This document shows positions 15,790-29,799 of a stretch of 64,000 nt of DNA, piece by piece (position 1 is the stretch's first letter; the number at the start of each line of letters is the position of its first letter). Made by a program: the position numbers and the translations under genes. Source of the stretch: the human T2T-CHM13v2.0 reference genome, Homo sapiens; assembly GCF_009914755.1 (NCBI RefSeq), contig NC_060936.1, one strand, 5' to 3'. The notes under the pieces are model-generated. The model was given only the letters and a program-made list of their open reading frames with translations. It searched no databases and was not told the origin of the DNA.

Positions 15790-16282
15790 TATGTTAGTTT
15801 CCCATTGCTGTGGTCATAAATTAGCATGAACTATTTGGCTTCAAACACCACAAATTTGTTATCTAATGGTTCTATAGATCACAGATCCAAAATGTGTCTA
15901 ATTGGGCTAAAACCAGGTATTGACAGGGCTGGTTCCTTCTGGATGCTCCAGGGGAGAATACATTTCCTTACATTTTCCAGCCTCTAGCTCTCATTCCCTA
16001 GCTGGTGACCTCATTGTCTTCAAAGCCAACAATCATGGTTTACATCAGAGTCACATCCCATGACTCTGACCTCTTTGGTCTTTCCCTGTCACTTTTGAGT
16101 ACCCTTGTGATGACATTGGGACCACCAGAATAACCCAGAATAATCTCATTGTTATCTAGTCAACTGATTAGCAACCTTCATTCCATCTGTAATCTTAATT
16201 CCTTTTTGCCATGTGTGATACCATATTCACAGGTTCTAGGGATTGAGATTTGGATGTCTTTGGGGAGTCATTATTCTGCCCA
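15790..16282 (-). mobile_element. MLT1D-like MaLR LTR
   Basis: cagggctggttccttctgga...ggggagaat; catattcacaggttctagggatt...cattattctgcc. Confidence 0.7.
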
Positions 16283-18047
16283 TCTTACAGCCTCTTGAGG
16301 ATCTCAGCTTTATGCAAAGACCTCAATTCTAACTTGCAGCCTCTGTTGTACCAGGGCTCAAGGCACTAAAACCTAGGCCCTTAGGTTAACAAAACCAAAA
16401 GCTTCATCCAGTGAAGCTGCAGTACTAGCTCATAAGGTCACCACCTTGGATTTTATTTCTTCCTTTCTTTCATTGGGGATTTCTTTTTCTTTCTTACAAG
16501 CTCAGCTATAAGTTAAAGGAATATTTGTTATATTTCTCCAGTGTTTCTAGGAGTTCATAGTGTGCAAATGAGGGAATTAACTAGCCAACAATATAGCCAG
16601 AAAATACATCTCCAGTATGATCCCATTGGATCAACCAGGGTGCAAACAAGAGGCACATAAAGTGTATATTCAAATGCTTAAAAGTTACAAAGGAAGCTCT
16701 AATTATTTTTAACTAAAATGTATTCGGTCCTCCTCACTGGACAAATGCACTTCATAATGACCTGGGAGGCCAGATTATAATGTCAGATTCTCACATTCCT
16801 TGGTGTTCTGCAGAGGACTAGGCTACATGAGGAGAGACGGCCCCCAGTTGCGGCCTGTTTTCTTTCTCTTTTTACCACTGGCTCCTTCCAGCACTGTGAG
16901 GCCTACACATGCATGTGGACCTCCCACCATTCTCCCAATGTCAAACTCTGTCCAAACCCTTGGCAAACAGCCACCCTTGGCTACTCCTCAGGCCTCAGAG
17001 CTGTGTATACAAATAGCAAGTCTGGCCTCTGCAGGGAAAATCTAAGAATCCTGTGGCAGTCTGGGCAGGGAATTCCAGGAATTTAGGTACCTGAGTTTAA
17101 AAAAGGCAGAGTGTGGGCTCCAGGCAGGCCAGTCCCCTTAGACCTATGGACCTGGTTCTGTGGGGAGGAGAGCAGTGGCCAGAACACAGCCTTCTAAAGC
17201 ACTGTGCCTCGGGCCAGACACTCTGTTATCTGGTTCTCAGGGTGGCCCCACAACCAACTGCCAAAATATTTCCGCTTCTGCTACCTGTACTGTAAGTTGG
17301 AACTTCCCTAAGTTATTTTTTACTTGAGCTATTGCTATAGCTTCCTAATTGATATCCTGGCCACCAGTGTCACTGCTGGTCATTAGAAACTGGTTCCAAA
17401 TCCTAGCCTGACTACTTATTAGCAGTATAACTTTGAGCAAGTGACTTAACCTTTTTGGAACATTCACTTGCTCAGCAAAATTGCTCCTAAGTTTCAAACT
17501 CACAGAAACTATGAGAGATAAATGTTTATGGTTGTTTTGAGCCATTACAGTTTGGAGTAACTTGTTATACATAAATGAATAACTAATGTATTATCACCCC
17601 ACCCCACTTTTGAAATCATGGTATAATACACATTATTCCAGAGGGGCTTTCTGAAACCTAATAGAATAGAAAACAATAGTAAAGGTCATTAACTAGAAAT
17701 ATTTTAAAGCATTCTACTTGTTCTATTGGTTCCTTAATAGTACAAGCACCAATTATTTTAAGACAATGACTGAAGAAACCTTACAGGCTAACTAAACTGG
17801 ACACATGTCATGTCAGGTCCCTCTCTCATGGCATATGTGCAGATTCTACATGGAGGGGGACGCTGTGCTGTGTCCTCCACTCCAGCACTAAGCCCTTCTA
17901 ACCCTACAGTAGTGTGGTTCCAACACTCCTTAAAGTCTATCACTAAGTCATAGAGACCTTACTCTTCTTGATATTTATTTGGTAACATTGAAGAATAGGC
18001 TGGTTTGGTTGGTCAAACATTATATTTAACACTTAATCAGCATTACT

Positions 18048-18345
18048 GGCTGGGTGCAGTGGCTCAAGCCTGTAATCCCAGAACTTTGGGAGGCTGAGGC
18101 AGGCAGATCACAAGGTCAGGAGTTCGAGACCAGCCTGTCCAACATGGTGAAACCCTGTCTCTACTAAAAATACAAAAATCAGCCGGCTACACTGGAGGCT
18201 GAGGCAGGAGAATTGCTTGAACCCGGAGGCAGAGGTTGCAGTGAGCCGAGATTGCAATGCTGCACTCCAGCCTGGGTGACAGAGCAAGACTCTGTCTCAA
18301 AAAATAATAATAAAATAAAAATAAAAATAAGTAATAAAATAAAAA
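18048..18345 (+). mobile_element. AluS with an internal right-arm deletion and (TAAAA)n tail
   Basis: Linker runs agccgg|ctacactggagg, missing ~30 nt. Confidence 0.88.
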
Positions 18346-18511
18346 TATTTAACCAGGATTATGAAATTCAAACTGCCTATTGAACCTGGCTAACAACTAA
18401 GATAGACATGATCATAATTGTTGTTTACAATGTAGAGAATACTAATTTACTATATTTCTATTCTGAGTCACTAAAATCTGTTTCTAATTTCTTTAGTTTT
18501 GTCATTTATAT

Positions 18512-18843
18512 CAGCGGGCCCCAACGTTTTTGGCACCAGGGACCAGTTTCATGGAAGACTATTTTTCCATGGACCAGGGTGGGGATGGTCTCAGAATGAA
18601 ACTGCTCCACCTCAGATCATCAGGCATTAGATCCTCATAAGGAGTGTGCAACCTGGATTCCTCGCATGCACAGTTCACAATTGGGTTCACGCTTCTCTGA
18701 GAATCTAATGCCATGGATCTGACAGGAAATGGAGCTCAGGTGGAAATGCTTGCTCCTCTTCCACTCACCTTCTACTGTGCAGCCTGGTTCCTAACAGGCC
18801 GTGGACCAATACCGGTCCACAGCCTGGGGGTTGGGAACCCTTG
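18512..18843 (+). mobile_element. MER1B hAT-Charlie DNA transposon
   Basis: Starts cagcgggccccaacgtttttggcaccagggacc; perfect 8-bp TSD ATTTATAT at 18504-18511 and 18844-18851. Confidence 0.9.
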
Positions 18844-18989
18844 ATTTATATGTTCTTTTGCTCACTCATTCAGAGTGTATTTATGAAGTATTTTCTATGT
18901 GCTAGTTCCAATAGACAGAACAGACTAAATAAGACATTTGCCCTAGAGTCTAATGAAAAAGAGAGAATTTATAGTCTAATAGAAGATAA

Positions 18990-19125
18990 GTCTAGGCACG
19001 GTGGCTCATGACTAATCCCAGCACTTTGGGAAGCTGAGGCAGGAGGATTGCTTGAGTCCAGGAGTTTGAGACAAGCCTGGGCAACATAGCGAGAACTTGT
19101 TCTATTAAAACTAAAAAATATATAT
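18990..19125 (+). mobile_element. Alu left monomer (FLAM-like)
   Basis: Single monomer with GGAGGATTGCTTGAG. Confidence 0.8.
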
Positions 19126-20469
19126 TAAAACAGAAAGGTGCTTTTAGAAATATAAAACCTTTGCATGAAGGGGAAGCATGTATGTGTGCATGTGTGTATA
19201 TACACACATAGGTCTATTCATCCTCCAGGTGAAGAGGGAGTGCTATAGTTTTTAAAAAGTACTGAAGTAGAACATGTGCAGAGAATTGCACAAATCCTGA
19301 GTGCATGGCTCAATGAATTTATTAGAATTGAAATCACTTAATAACCAGCACTCAGATAAAAAAACAGAATTTTACTAGCACTCAAGAATCCCTTTTCTTG
19401 TCTACACTTTGGCAGAGGGGAGGAAATATATCAAACAACTTTTTTTTTCTCTTTCAACAATCTGCTTAACGCATACCTTCCTGCATCGTGAGTCACTCAG
19501 ACCATTGTTAGTCAGCCTTCAAAAATAGTTTCTCTGAGACAATTCTCTCCCTCCTCACAAGCTAAACAGTGATTAACGTCCAGGTGAACCAGAATAAAAA
19601 TTTCCAGCTGTTAAATTAACAGCCAGAAAGCATTTTTTTTCTTCACAAAAGATGTGTCTAGACTCGTGAAAATTAGAAAGAAAAAATATTCATTAGTTCA
19701 TCACGTAAAGGGTTATTCCCTCTAACATAATTCCTAGGTTTTCTCTAGTTTAAAATGAGTTTGACTGTTCTTATTTAAAGTCAAGTCATACACATAAAGC
19801 AAACCTAATGCGATCTTTATTACAGGAGTAGACAGGAAGCACACACCAAGCCAATTAGATACTGTAGTCCCATAATGTTGCATCAAAGCTGTGGCATGTT
19901 ATTAGAGACCAAGTGATGTACAGCATCTTTTATTTTGTGTTTAGAAAGCATGGGACAGCTATCTGACCCAAGGGTGAACCAATGTGGATACCGACAGGCA
20001 AAGCATCCATTGAGGTATAGGAATCCAGAGGAATGGTGTTTAAGTCTCCTTGAGATGCTAAAGACACTTTTGCGCTAGGTTCTCCTTTAATCTTTCTGAG
20101 AATATCCTCACTACAGTTCCAACAGAATGAGTAAAAGTAAGCGTGGGGCTTCAATAGGCAAAGAACTCAGACTGGGACCCCACAGATCATCTATTTGATG
20201 CTGTTTTTCTGTAGAATTAGAAAGGGTGAAGAAAGCTTGAATCACAGCATTTGTGTTGCCAATTTCAATAAAGTTTCCATTGTTTCACAACTTTCTCCAA
20301 AGAATCTGAAACCTATTTCTACATAAGCATAACTAGGAGCTTTTTTAGTAAAAATCATGCGTTGTTTTGTTTTCTCTAACTATGGCATCTCCCACAGCAC
20401 TTGGGACAGTGTAATTGATTAATAAATATTTCATAATTGAATGAATGACTTTGTGGAACTTTCTCCTAA

Positions 20470-21080
20470 AAATGATGAGGAGCCATTGAAGCATGTTCAT
20501 GAGAGGAGTGACATGACCAGATTTCGTCTATAGGCAACTCCTTCTGGCAATAGTATGGAGCATATATTAGAGGGACAGACCAGGAGGTATTACTGGGAGG
20601 TAATAGTCCTACTCCAGACTAGAATAAGTGATAGCCTGAACTAAGGTTGAGCGGGTTAAGGTGAAAAGTAGAAACTGACTTGAAGGATACTTAAAAAGTA
20701 AAATCTATGTGATCTAGTCATTGATGGAATGTGGAGGGAGAGAGAAAATACTAGAGGAGGACTCTAAAAATGATCCTTGAGATTCTGGTATGGTCTTTTG
20801 AATGAATGATGGGACAGATGGTTGAGGTGAAAAATACAGTAGTGGGAGGAACAGATTAGGTATCAAACACAGTGAGTTTACAGTAGCTTCTTTAGGTTTG
20901 AGGTGCCTGTGGGGTGTCTGATTTAGAGTCAATAGAGTGGAAACAGTTATTAAAGCCATGGGTTTTGATGGTTTTTTTCGCAGAAAAAAAAGGCATAGCA
21001 TGAAAATCCAGAGGGCTAAAGGCAGAACCACAGGGAATACAGACATTTAGAGGTTGAGCAAAGGACAAAAATACTGACAC
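20470..21080 (-). mobile_element. L2 fragment
   Basis: gagccattgaag...gagtgacatgaccagattt; acagacatttagagg. Confidence 0.65.
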
Positions 21081-22032
21081 AAGGAGCAGGATTGCCCACA
21101 AATGACCCTGGGTATTTATTCTAGGATACCTGGATACCAAGCTAGCTGGGATCAGGGACCCATGTACCCCTACTCCCAGAAGGGGAACTGAACCTAAGCT
21201 TTTCTCTGCTTGACAGGGGAAGCTGCAGCATTCAGAGACCCTAAGCTCCCCAGATACTGCGCTGCTGGTGTACCGCTAAACTAACTAAACATATGTATTA
21301 AGATGTATGCATTTCCTACAAGCCACACATAAGAAAGGCAGAATTTCTTCTCCCTTATGATAATTTAACTTTGTTTTTGGCATCAGATAAGATTATCAAC
21401 TGACTCATTTTTTAAAAGAATAAAAGAATTTTTTTTTAAAAAATAAAAGAATAAATAAAAACAGGAGCCTTGTAAAGGTATTCACTTTGGGAGGCTGTAC
21501 ATCTATCCTAGCAGGGATGTTACTGAACAAGACATTTTGGAAGATTCTCTTTTGAATTTGCCTCAGCTTGAAAGGGTAAAAATTCATATTTTTAAGGACA
21601 AATTTAAGTTTTGGAAACAATCCAAGTTGTTGTTTGTAGTAAAGTTTTTTGGAAAAAGTAAATGACAATAACAAAACACAATCATGTCATGCTATAATGA
21701 AATGGATTCTTTTTCCTCTTTAGGACCCTAATGATCTGCTCCATTTTCCTGCCTTTCTCTCATTCCCTCCCTTTCTTTCCAGGAGCTCTTGCATAGTTCA
21801 GCCAGACTAATCTTCATGAAGCATAATTCCAATCTTGTCACTGTCTTTTTCAAAACTTGTCAGTGACTTCTGTGTACTCACATAAAAATGTCTAAACCCT
21901 TTGGTCTGGAAGTCTAGGTTCTTTCCAGTCTTACTGAAACTTGTTACTTGTTCTCCCTTTCAGCCCAATAAACTGAACTCTTTTCAGCCCAATAAACTGA
22001 ACAGAATGTTTTCTGTTCATTCTCTATGCTTT

Positions 22033-24323
22033 TTTATGGGGTTTGGCTGTGTCCCCACACAAGTCTCAACTTGAATTATAACTCTCAGAATTCCCATGTG
22101 TTGTGGGAGGGACCCAGTGGGGAGGTAATTTAGTCATGAGGGCCGGTCTTTCCCGTGCTATTCTCATGATAGTGAACAAGTCTCACGAGATCTGATGGGT
22201 TTATCAGGGGTTTCTGCTTTTGCATCTTTCTCTTTTTCTCTTGCTACTGCCACATAAGAAGTGCCTTTCTCCTCCTGCCATGATTCTGAGGCCTCCCCAG
22301 CCATGTGGAACTGTAAGTCCAATTAAACCTCTTTTTCTTCCCAGTCTCGGGTATCTCTTTGTAAGCAGCATGAAAACAGACTAATAAAATAAATTGGTAC
22401 AAGTAGAGTGGGGTGTTGCTGAAAAGATACTCAAAAATGTGGAAGCGACTTTGGAACTGGGTAATAGGCAGAGGTTGGAACAGTTTGGAGGGCTCAGAAG
22501 AAGACAGAAAAATGTGGAAAGTTTGGAACTCCCTAGAGACTTGTTGAATGGCTTTGCCTAAAATGCTGATAGCAATATGGACAATAAAGTCTAGGCTCAG
22601 GTGGTCTCAGATGGAGATGAGGAACTTTTTGGGAACTGGAGTAAAGGTAACTCTTTTTATGTTTTAGCATAGAGACTGGCAGCATTTTGCCCCTGCCCTC
22701 CCTAGAGATCTGTGGAACTTTGAACTTGAGAAAGATGATTTAGGGTATCTGGTGGAAGAAATTTCTAAGCAGCAAAGCATTCAAGAAGTGACTTGGGCTC
22801 TGTTAAAGGCATTCAGTTTTATAAGGGAAGCAGAGCATAAAAGTTTGGAAAATTTGCAGCCTGACTATGCAATAGAAAGGGAAAACCCATTTTCTGGGGA
22901 GAAATTCAAGCCAGCTGCAGAAATTTGCATAAGTAGCAAGGACCCTTATGTTAATCTCCAAGATCTTTGGGAAGATGTCTTCAGGCCATGTCAGAAACCT
23001 TCACAGCAGGGCCTACCATCACAGGCCCGGAGGCCCAGGAGGAAAAAGTGGTTTCATAGGCTGGGCCCAGGGTCTCTGTGCTGTATGCAGCCTAGGGACG
23101 TGGTGCCCTGTGTCCCAGCCATTCTAGCCATGGCTCAAAGGTGCCAACATACAGCTTGGGCTGTGGCTTCAGAGGGTGAAAGCCCCAAGCCTTGGCAGCT
23201 TTCATGTGGTGTTGAGCCTGTGGGTGCACAGAAGTCAAGAATTGAGGTTTGGGAACCTCCACCTAGATTTCAAAAGATGCATGGAAACACCTCGATGCCC
23301 AGGCAAAAGTTTGCTGCAAGGGTGGGGCCCTCATGGAGAACCTCTTCTAGGGCAGTGTGTAAGGGAAATGTGGGGTTGGAGCCCCCATGCAGAGTCCCTA
23401 CTTGGGCACTGCTTAGTGGAGCTGTGAGAAGAGGGCCATCATCCTCCAGACCTCAGAATGGTAGATCCACTGACAGCTTGCACTGTGCACCTGGAAAAGC
23501 CACAGACACTCAATGCCAGCCTGTGAAAGCAACTGGGAGGGAGGCTGTACCCTGCAAAGCCACAGGGGTGGAGCTGCCCAAGACACCGGGAGCCCACCTC
23601 TTGCATTAGTATGACCTGGATGTGAGACCTGGAGTCAAAGGAGATCATTTTGGAGCTATAAAATTTGACTGCCCTGCTGGATTTTGGACTTGCATGGGCC
23701 CTGTAACCCCTTTGTTTTGGCCAATTTATCCTATTTGGAATGGCTGTATTTACCTAATACCAGGACCCCTATTGTATCTAGGAAGTAACTAGCTTGCTTT
23801 TGATTTTACAGGCTCATAGGCAGAAGGTACTTGCCTTGTCTCAGATGAAACTTTGGACCATGGACTTTTGGGTTAATGCTGAATTGAGTTAAGACTTTGG
23901 GGGACTGTTGGGAAGGCATGATTGGTTTTGAAATGTGAGGACATGAGATCTGGAGGGGCCAGGATGGAATGATATGGTTTGGCTGTGTCCCCACCCAAAT
24001 CTTAACTTGAATTGTATCTCCCAGAATTCCCACATGTTGTGGGAGGGAGCCAGGGGGAGGTAATTGAATCACAGGGTCTGGTCTTCCTTGAGCTATTCTC
24101 ATGATACTGAATAAGTCTCACAAGATCTGATGGGTTTATCAGGGGTTTCCACTTTTGCTTCTTTCTTATTTTCTCTTGCCACTGCCATGTAAGAAGTGCC
24201 TTTCTCCTCCTGCCATGATTCTGAGGCCTCCCCAGCCATGCAAAACTGTAAGTCCAATTAAACCTCTTTTTGTTCCCAGTTTCAGGTATGTCTTTATCAG
24301 CAATGTGAAAATGGACTAACACA
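22033..24323 (+). mobile_element. Full-length THE1A (MaLR) provirus: 5' LTR ~22033-22388, internal region, 3' LTR 23970-24323
   Basis: Two ~355-bp direct repeats (TGATATGGTTTGGCTGTGTCCCCAC...GGACTAA(C/T)ACA) with THE1A-type ctcccagaattcccac and tttatcaggggtttcc flank a ~1.58-kb THE1-int; remnant ORF 22752-23609. Confidence 0.92.
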
Positions 24324-25161
24324 GTTTTTTATTTTTTTGTTTTCTCTCCATGTCCAATTTCTACCTTTCTTTTAAGACACTGAGTGAATGTCCTCAAGCC
24401 CATGTGTTAGCCTTCCCTGATTGCTGCAATCCTGTCCAATATCTTTGGCTTCTTCCACCCAAGATAAACCCATCACCCTCCTGCCATGGGAATGCCCAAA
24501 CTGCTCATTTCGATTATGTAGGGTTTTGTGAGAATATGGTGTCAGTATTAATGCAATGTTTTAGTTATTAATAGCAATGATATATTTAATATAATACAAG
24601 GAATTTTTAGAAGTGGACAATAATAAGACACCTAACACCGGTTACATTGATTATAGTGTAGTCAAAAGAGCACACAATCTTTAGAATTTGACAAACTGTA
24701 TTTGAATCCTAGCTCTACTGTTTATTAGCTGGTCTCTTTAGGCAGCTTGTTTAATATCTCTAAGAACCTACTCTTTCATCTGCAAAGTGAAAAATAACAA
24801 CATCAGTTTCATAACTTTATTATGAGGATCAGAAGAAAGTCATGGAAAAGACTTTCTAATGATCTTAGAGAGAGGAAGCCCTCTATAAATGTGACAAGAT
24901 CTGGAAGCCATAAAATATTGCTATTTTGACTGCATAAAATGTAAACATTTTTGCATGACAAAATAATGCCATAACCAAAGCCATAAGAGGGTAAAGTGGA
25001 AAAATTTTTGTAGCGTTTATGACACATAAATTATTTTCATTCTCCCATATATCAATGAAGAAAAAGACCAAATTATTGAAAAAATGGACAGAAGACATAA
25101 AATACTCCATAAAAATGAAATACAAATAGCTTGTAAACATATAAAAAGATGCTCAACCTCG

Positions 25162-25440
25162 GGCCAGGTGCGGTGGCTCATGCCTGTAATCCCAGCATTT
25201 TTGGAGGCTGAGGCGGGCTGATCACGAGGTCAGGAGATCGAGACCATCCTGGCTAACATGGTGAAACCCTGTCGATACTAAAAGTACAAAAAAATTGGCT
25301 GGGCATGGTGGCGGGCGCCTGTAGTCCCAGCTAGCCGGGAGACTGAGGCTGAGGCAAGAGAATGGTGTGAACCTGGAAGGCGGAGCTTGCAGTCAGCCAA
25401 GATAATGTCACTGCACTCCGTCTCAAAAAAAAAAAAAAAA
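25162..25440 (+). mobile_element. AluY/Sc-type
   Basis: GGAGATCGAGACCATCCTGGCTAAC, GGCGGAGCTTGCAG; TSD ATGCTCAACCTC at 25149-25160 and 25440-25451. Confidence 0.88.
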
Positions 25441-25661
25441 TGCTCAACCTCACTTGTAATATAACATAAATGCAAAGTAAAACTCAATAGTAGACTATTT
25501 TCACCTAACTGGTAAATGATAGGGGAAGTAAGCATATTATTAAGGGAAGTGTAAATTGGTACAACTTTTTCTGAAAAGCAATTTGGCAACAGCAATTTAT
25601 TAAATAAAAATTTAACCATATACTACTCCTCTGAGAAATTTCCCATCTGGGAATGTATACG

Positions 25662-25968
25662 CCTATGCTCTCCAGTATAGTAGCCAGTGACCACATTTGG
25701 TTACTGATCACTTGAAATGTGGCATATCTGAAATGATACGTAATTTAAGTGTAAAATACACACCGAATTTTAAAGCCTTAGTATAAGTAAAATAATGTAA
25801 AATATTTCATTTTTTAATTGATTACATGTTGAAATGACATATTTTGGATATAATGGGTTAAATATACTGTTAAGATTAATTTTACTTATTTCTTTTACTT
25901 TAAAAAATGTGGCTGCTAGAACATTGAAACTTACATATGTTGTTCATATTATATTCCTTTTGAACCTT
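25662..25968. mobile_element. MER33/MER3-like hAT element
   Basis: gtagccagtgaccacatttgg...cacttgaaatgtggc; aaaaatgtggctgctagaa. Confidence 0.65.
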
Positions 25969-27379
25969 GTTAGCATATACAGTTCTACTTGCATGCATAA
26001 GAAATTATGTATGTATAAAGAATATCTGAAAAACATCTTTAATATTCACCGAGTCTTTGCTAAATAAAACATGATACATCCAGACAATAGAATATTATAT
26101 GGACCGAAAAAAGAATCAGACCAAACTGCCCTAAGATGGGGAGCTTTCTGCTAGATATCACTAAGTAAAAAAAAAAAATAAAGCATGGAATAGATGCGTA
26201 GTGAGCTAATGTTGGTGTTCAGTGTATATTGAATGAATTTTGAATGAATTATGTAAATTGTACTTATGCATAGAATATTCCTGGAAGATGCACAAGAAAT
26301 CATTTTTAGTTATTGTCCTAGAGAGAGGAAATTGTGGTTCACCATCAGGGGCTGGAGAAGATTTATTTTTAACTCTACTTTTTTGTATTGATTAAACGTT
26401 TTGCAACATGTATTCATTACCTATTTAGAAAAAAACCTGTATTTACAAGTTTTCATTGTCTTTGAAGAAAACAATCCTTATAAAGAATTTCCCGAAGTCA
26501 GCTATGTGAAGGTGGGAGGCGGATGTAAAACCACAAGGCCCTACACAGTAGTAGGTTCCTAAGAAATACCTGTTTCTTTCCCTTCCCCACACTTTGGCTA
26601 AGAGCACAGATGTCATAATAGAATCTTTCCACATTTCAGAGATCCCTTAAGCATCCCTATCACGTTATGGCTCTAGAGATGTCAAATGTAAATGGGATGA
26701 GGCTACACTGATCCTGTGACATGCCCTGGAAGTTAGTTATTTCCCCCCAATAAATCCCAGAAACTTGCCTGCTTACTTTTATATATGTCTCATCAAAATG
26801 GAAGGTCAGCTTGTATAATGTATAACTTCCCAGTCAGTGTAATATTGTAGGCTGCCTGCAAATTTTATTACTATATTAAGGGCTGAAGCAAACTTTTCCA
26901 GTTATTACATCCTCGGCACTAAAATCTTCACTCTCCTTGTCAGTCTCTTGATTCTTTGGCAGTTAAAACACTCTCTTTTATTTCTGTATCAGAAACTCTA
27001 TGTGCTTCCCTAACCTCTTTGTCTACTTCAATCACCTCTTCTCACTTTGATGAAGTTTGTTGATTGATTGCTTCTCATGGGTAGGACTGGCTTTCCGGCC
27101 CTTTGTTTAAATTTAAAACACTGGAGCCATCCTTCAGAAAATACACAGTGCTCAATCAATTGCATTTGCTCATAAAATGTCTTTTTTTTTTTTTTTTAAC
27201 AAAAGTCTCTTGATTCTGCTTCCTCATTTCCATTCCCATTGCCTCTGCCTGAGTCCAGGCCCTCTTCATCTTGTCTAGAATATGTCAATTATCTCTTAAC
27301 TAGTCCATGTGCTTTCAGACTCCCCACTGGCAATCCATTTTCTACTTTACTGCTAAATTCTAAAAACAGATTCATGCCT

Positions 27380-28720
27380 CCATTCATTCATTCATCAGAC
27401 ATTCATTAAGTATCTCCTTTGTGTCGGGCATCATGCTAGGAACTGGGGACACAAAGACTAAATGTTCATAGGCAGACACTACGTTTCTGGAGCTTAGAGT
27501 TCAGTGCAGGAAGCCAACGAGTAGACACATGGTTTACAGTGTACAGGGGTGGGCACAGGATGCCCTGGCAGCATCCATCAGGGAAGGAAATTTCCCCAGG
27601 GCCCTTGCTATCTGGTCCAACTGTTAAGAGCCAGGAGGAGATGTTCTAAGCAGAGGGAGCAGCAAGGGCCAAGGCTAAGCAGGGTGGTACATGGTGTGTG
27701 TGGTGAGTGTGACTGGCCAGGGGGTCAGAGAAGATTTACAGGAGTCAGCACCAGGTAGTGGCAAAGGGCCTGGGGGGGGGCGGGGCATGCAAAGGAGTTC
27801 AGACTTTATTCTGAGGGCATACGTTTTAAGAACAGCGGTCATGAGATTGGATTTGCATTTTATGGAGATCATTATGGTAGGAGTTTGGAGGAGAGCTGGA
27901 GGGATGAAAGACTGGAGACTGGAAAGAAGGTTAAGAAGTGGCTGTTTCAACTATCCGGTCATAAGGATAACCTAAATCAAGATAAGAGCAGTAGGGGTGC
28001 TGAGCAGCAGACAGATTTGAAAGATACTCAACAATAAAATGGACTTGGGTTAGTGATTGCCTCTTTAGATTTTTGTGAGAAGGAAGGAAGGGGAAAAAGT
28101 CAGAATGGACTCACAAATGTCTGGCTTGAGCCCTCGGGAGGCTATGAGGGGTTATGGAAAGGGAAATGGCTTGGCAGAGAGAAGATGGTAGCAGTTGAGT
28201 ACATGGGTCTGCATTCAGGTGAGAGATTTGGATTGGAGACATTCATTCTTCATCCATTTACTCATTTAGTTAATAGGTGTTGAGTGCCTGCTACATGCTA
28301 GGCACTGTTCCAAGCACAGGGATAGTGGCAACCAAACAGGACAAAATTCCTGTTCTTGTGGCACCTTCATTCCAGTGAAGAAACTAAACAAATGATACAA
28401 GTAAATCAATGCATAATGTCCTGTAGATATGTGCTTTGAAGACAAATACATTAGGATAGGGCAAGGAAACAAAGTGTGGTGGGGTGTGAGGGATATTTTA
28501 GATAAGGGTGTCCATGGAAAAGCATCTTTCAAGAGGTGATATTTGAGCACAAACCTGAATGAAGTGCCAGAGGGAGCCATGGGAACGTTCAAGGGAAAAA
28601 TATGCAAGGAAGAACCATATGGGACAGCAGGCTCCCTAAGCAATGGGTAGCAGAGGCTGTGGGAAAGAGGCGGAGGGGAAAGGGATGCAGATGTTCGCAT
28701 AATAGGACCTCTAACAGTAC
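27380..28720 (-). mobile_element. L2 fragments (two 3' ends)
   Basis: cattcattcattca...gtgtcgggca and gttgagtgcctgctacatgctaggcactgttc L2 tails. Confidence 0.65.
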
Positions 28721-29562
28721 CTGAAAACCTTGATTTCTTGAGTGTATATCATCTTGCTTCCTCTTGAAGCCAACCCTAGAACTAATTCCTTCCTCCACCA
28801 TCACTCCCCAGCCTCTGATAAATATCATAGCACTGGCAACTTTGTATCACTAGTATTTGTTACCTTGGTACAATCTGAGCTTCTCCAAATTAGGGATGGG
28901 GTTCACCTTGGTCACTGCAATACTCAGCACAGTGTGTCAGGAGCCGGTCCACAAATGTGTGTTGACAGAACAATAATGACAAACAACAGGACACAGCGAA
29001 GGTAAAACGGATGTCTAGGGGAGTGGTAAGTGGTTGGTGATAAGTAGGAACAAGGGATTGCTTTTTTAAAAAACAACTTTATATTTTAAAGCCCTGTAGT
29101 TTTACGTATTTCTCTTTGACATCTTTTGGTATTCATTTCCATCTCTCTGACTAATAACTTAATTTGGGATTTTTTTTCAATTTTAGGCTTTATCTATTGA
29201 CTTTCCATCATAGAAGATGAAGAATCAGTTCCCTCTGCACCCTCCTCCACCTGAACTACACACATATACACACTGCCCCTATCCCTATTATAGCTGTGTC
29301 ATAATTTTGGTTAAATTAACACTGCATGTTCCCATTTTAATGACTACGTAAATAGTATTCATACCAGGTTATGTGGTATATTATGGTTGTTATTACCACT
29401 TTTCCTTTCTTGCACAACTTTTTGTTTCCCTAGTGGTGGTTTTATTTATTGATTGATTTTGTCGTTTGGTTTTCTAGTTTTCTGTGTCTAGTCATGAATT
29501 AAGCTCCAAATCTACTGTTTCCCGGTTCTGTAACCTCTTCTCAATACAATTAGACATGTGAG

Positions 29563-29564
<2 letters not shown>

Positions 29565-29607
<43 letters not shown>
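29565..29607. repeat. (TG)n microsatellite
   Basis: Direct observation. Confidence 0.95.
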
Positions 29608-29608
<1 letters not shown>

Positions 29609-29799
29609 CTCTTCTTCCTGATGATAGCACTACTGGAATCTTTCGACCTGCTGCTTGCCCTGGTTGCTCTTTGGGCCCCGTGCTCACCTGTCATCCTGGG
29701 ATTTTTCTTTACCTTTCTGAGACTAGATGTCCTGTCTTCCTGTTTTGGTTTACTCCTTTGTTTCGGTGTATCAGTTCCTCAAGTAGCTTTTTTGCTTCT

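Larger units (their letters stand above)
24820..26420 (+). mobile_element. Old L1M 3' region hosting an Alu and a MER33-like element
   Basis: aaacatataaaaagatgctcaacctcacttgtaat...atgcaaagtaaaac; gtaaattggtacaac...gcaatttggca. Confidence 0.7.
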
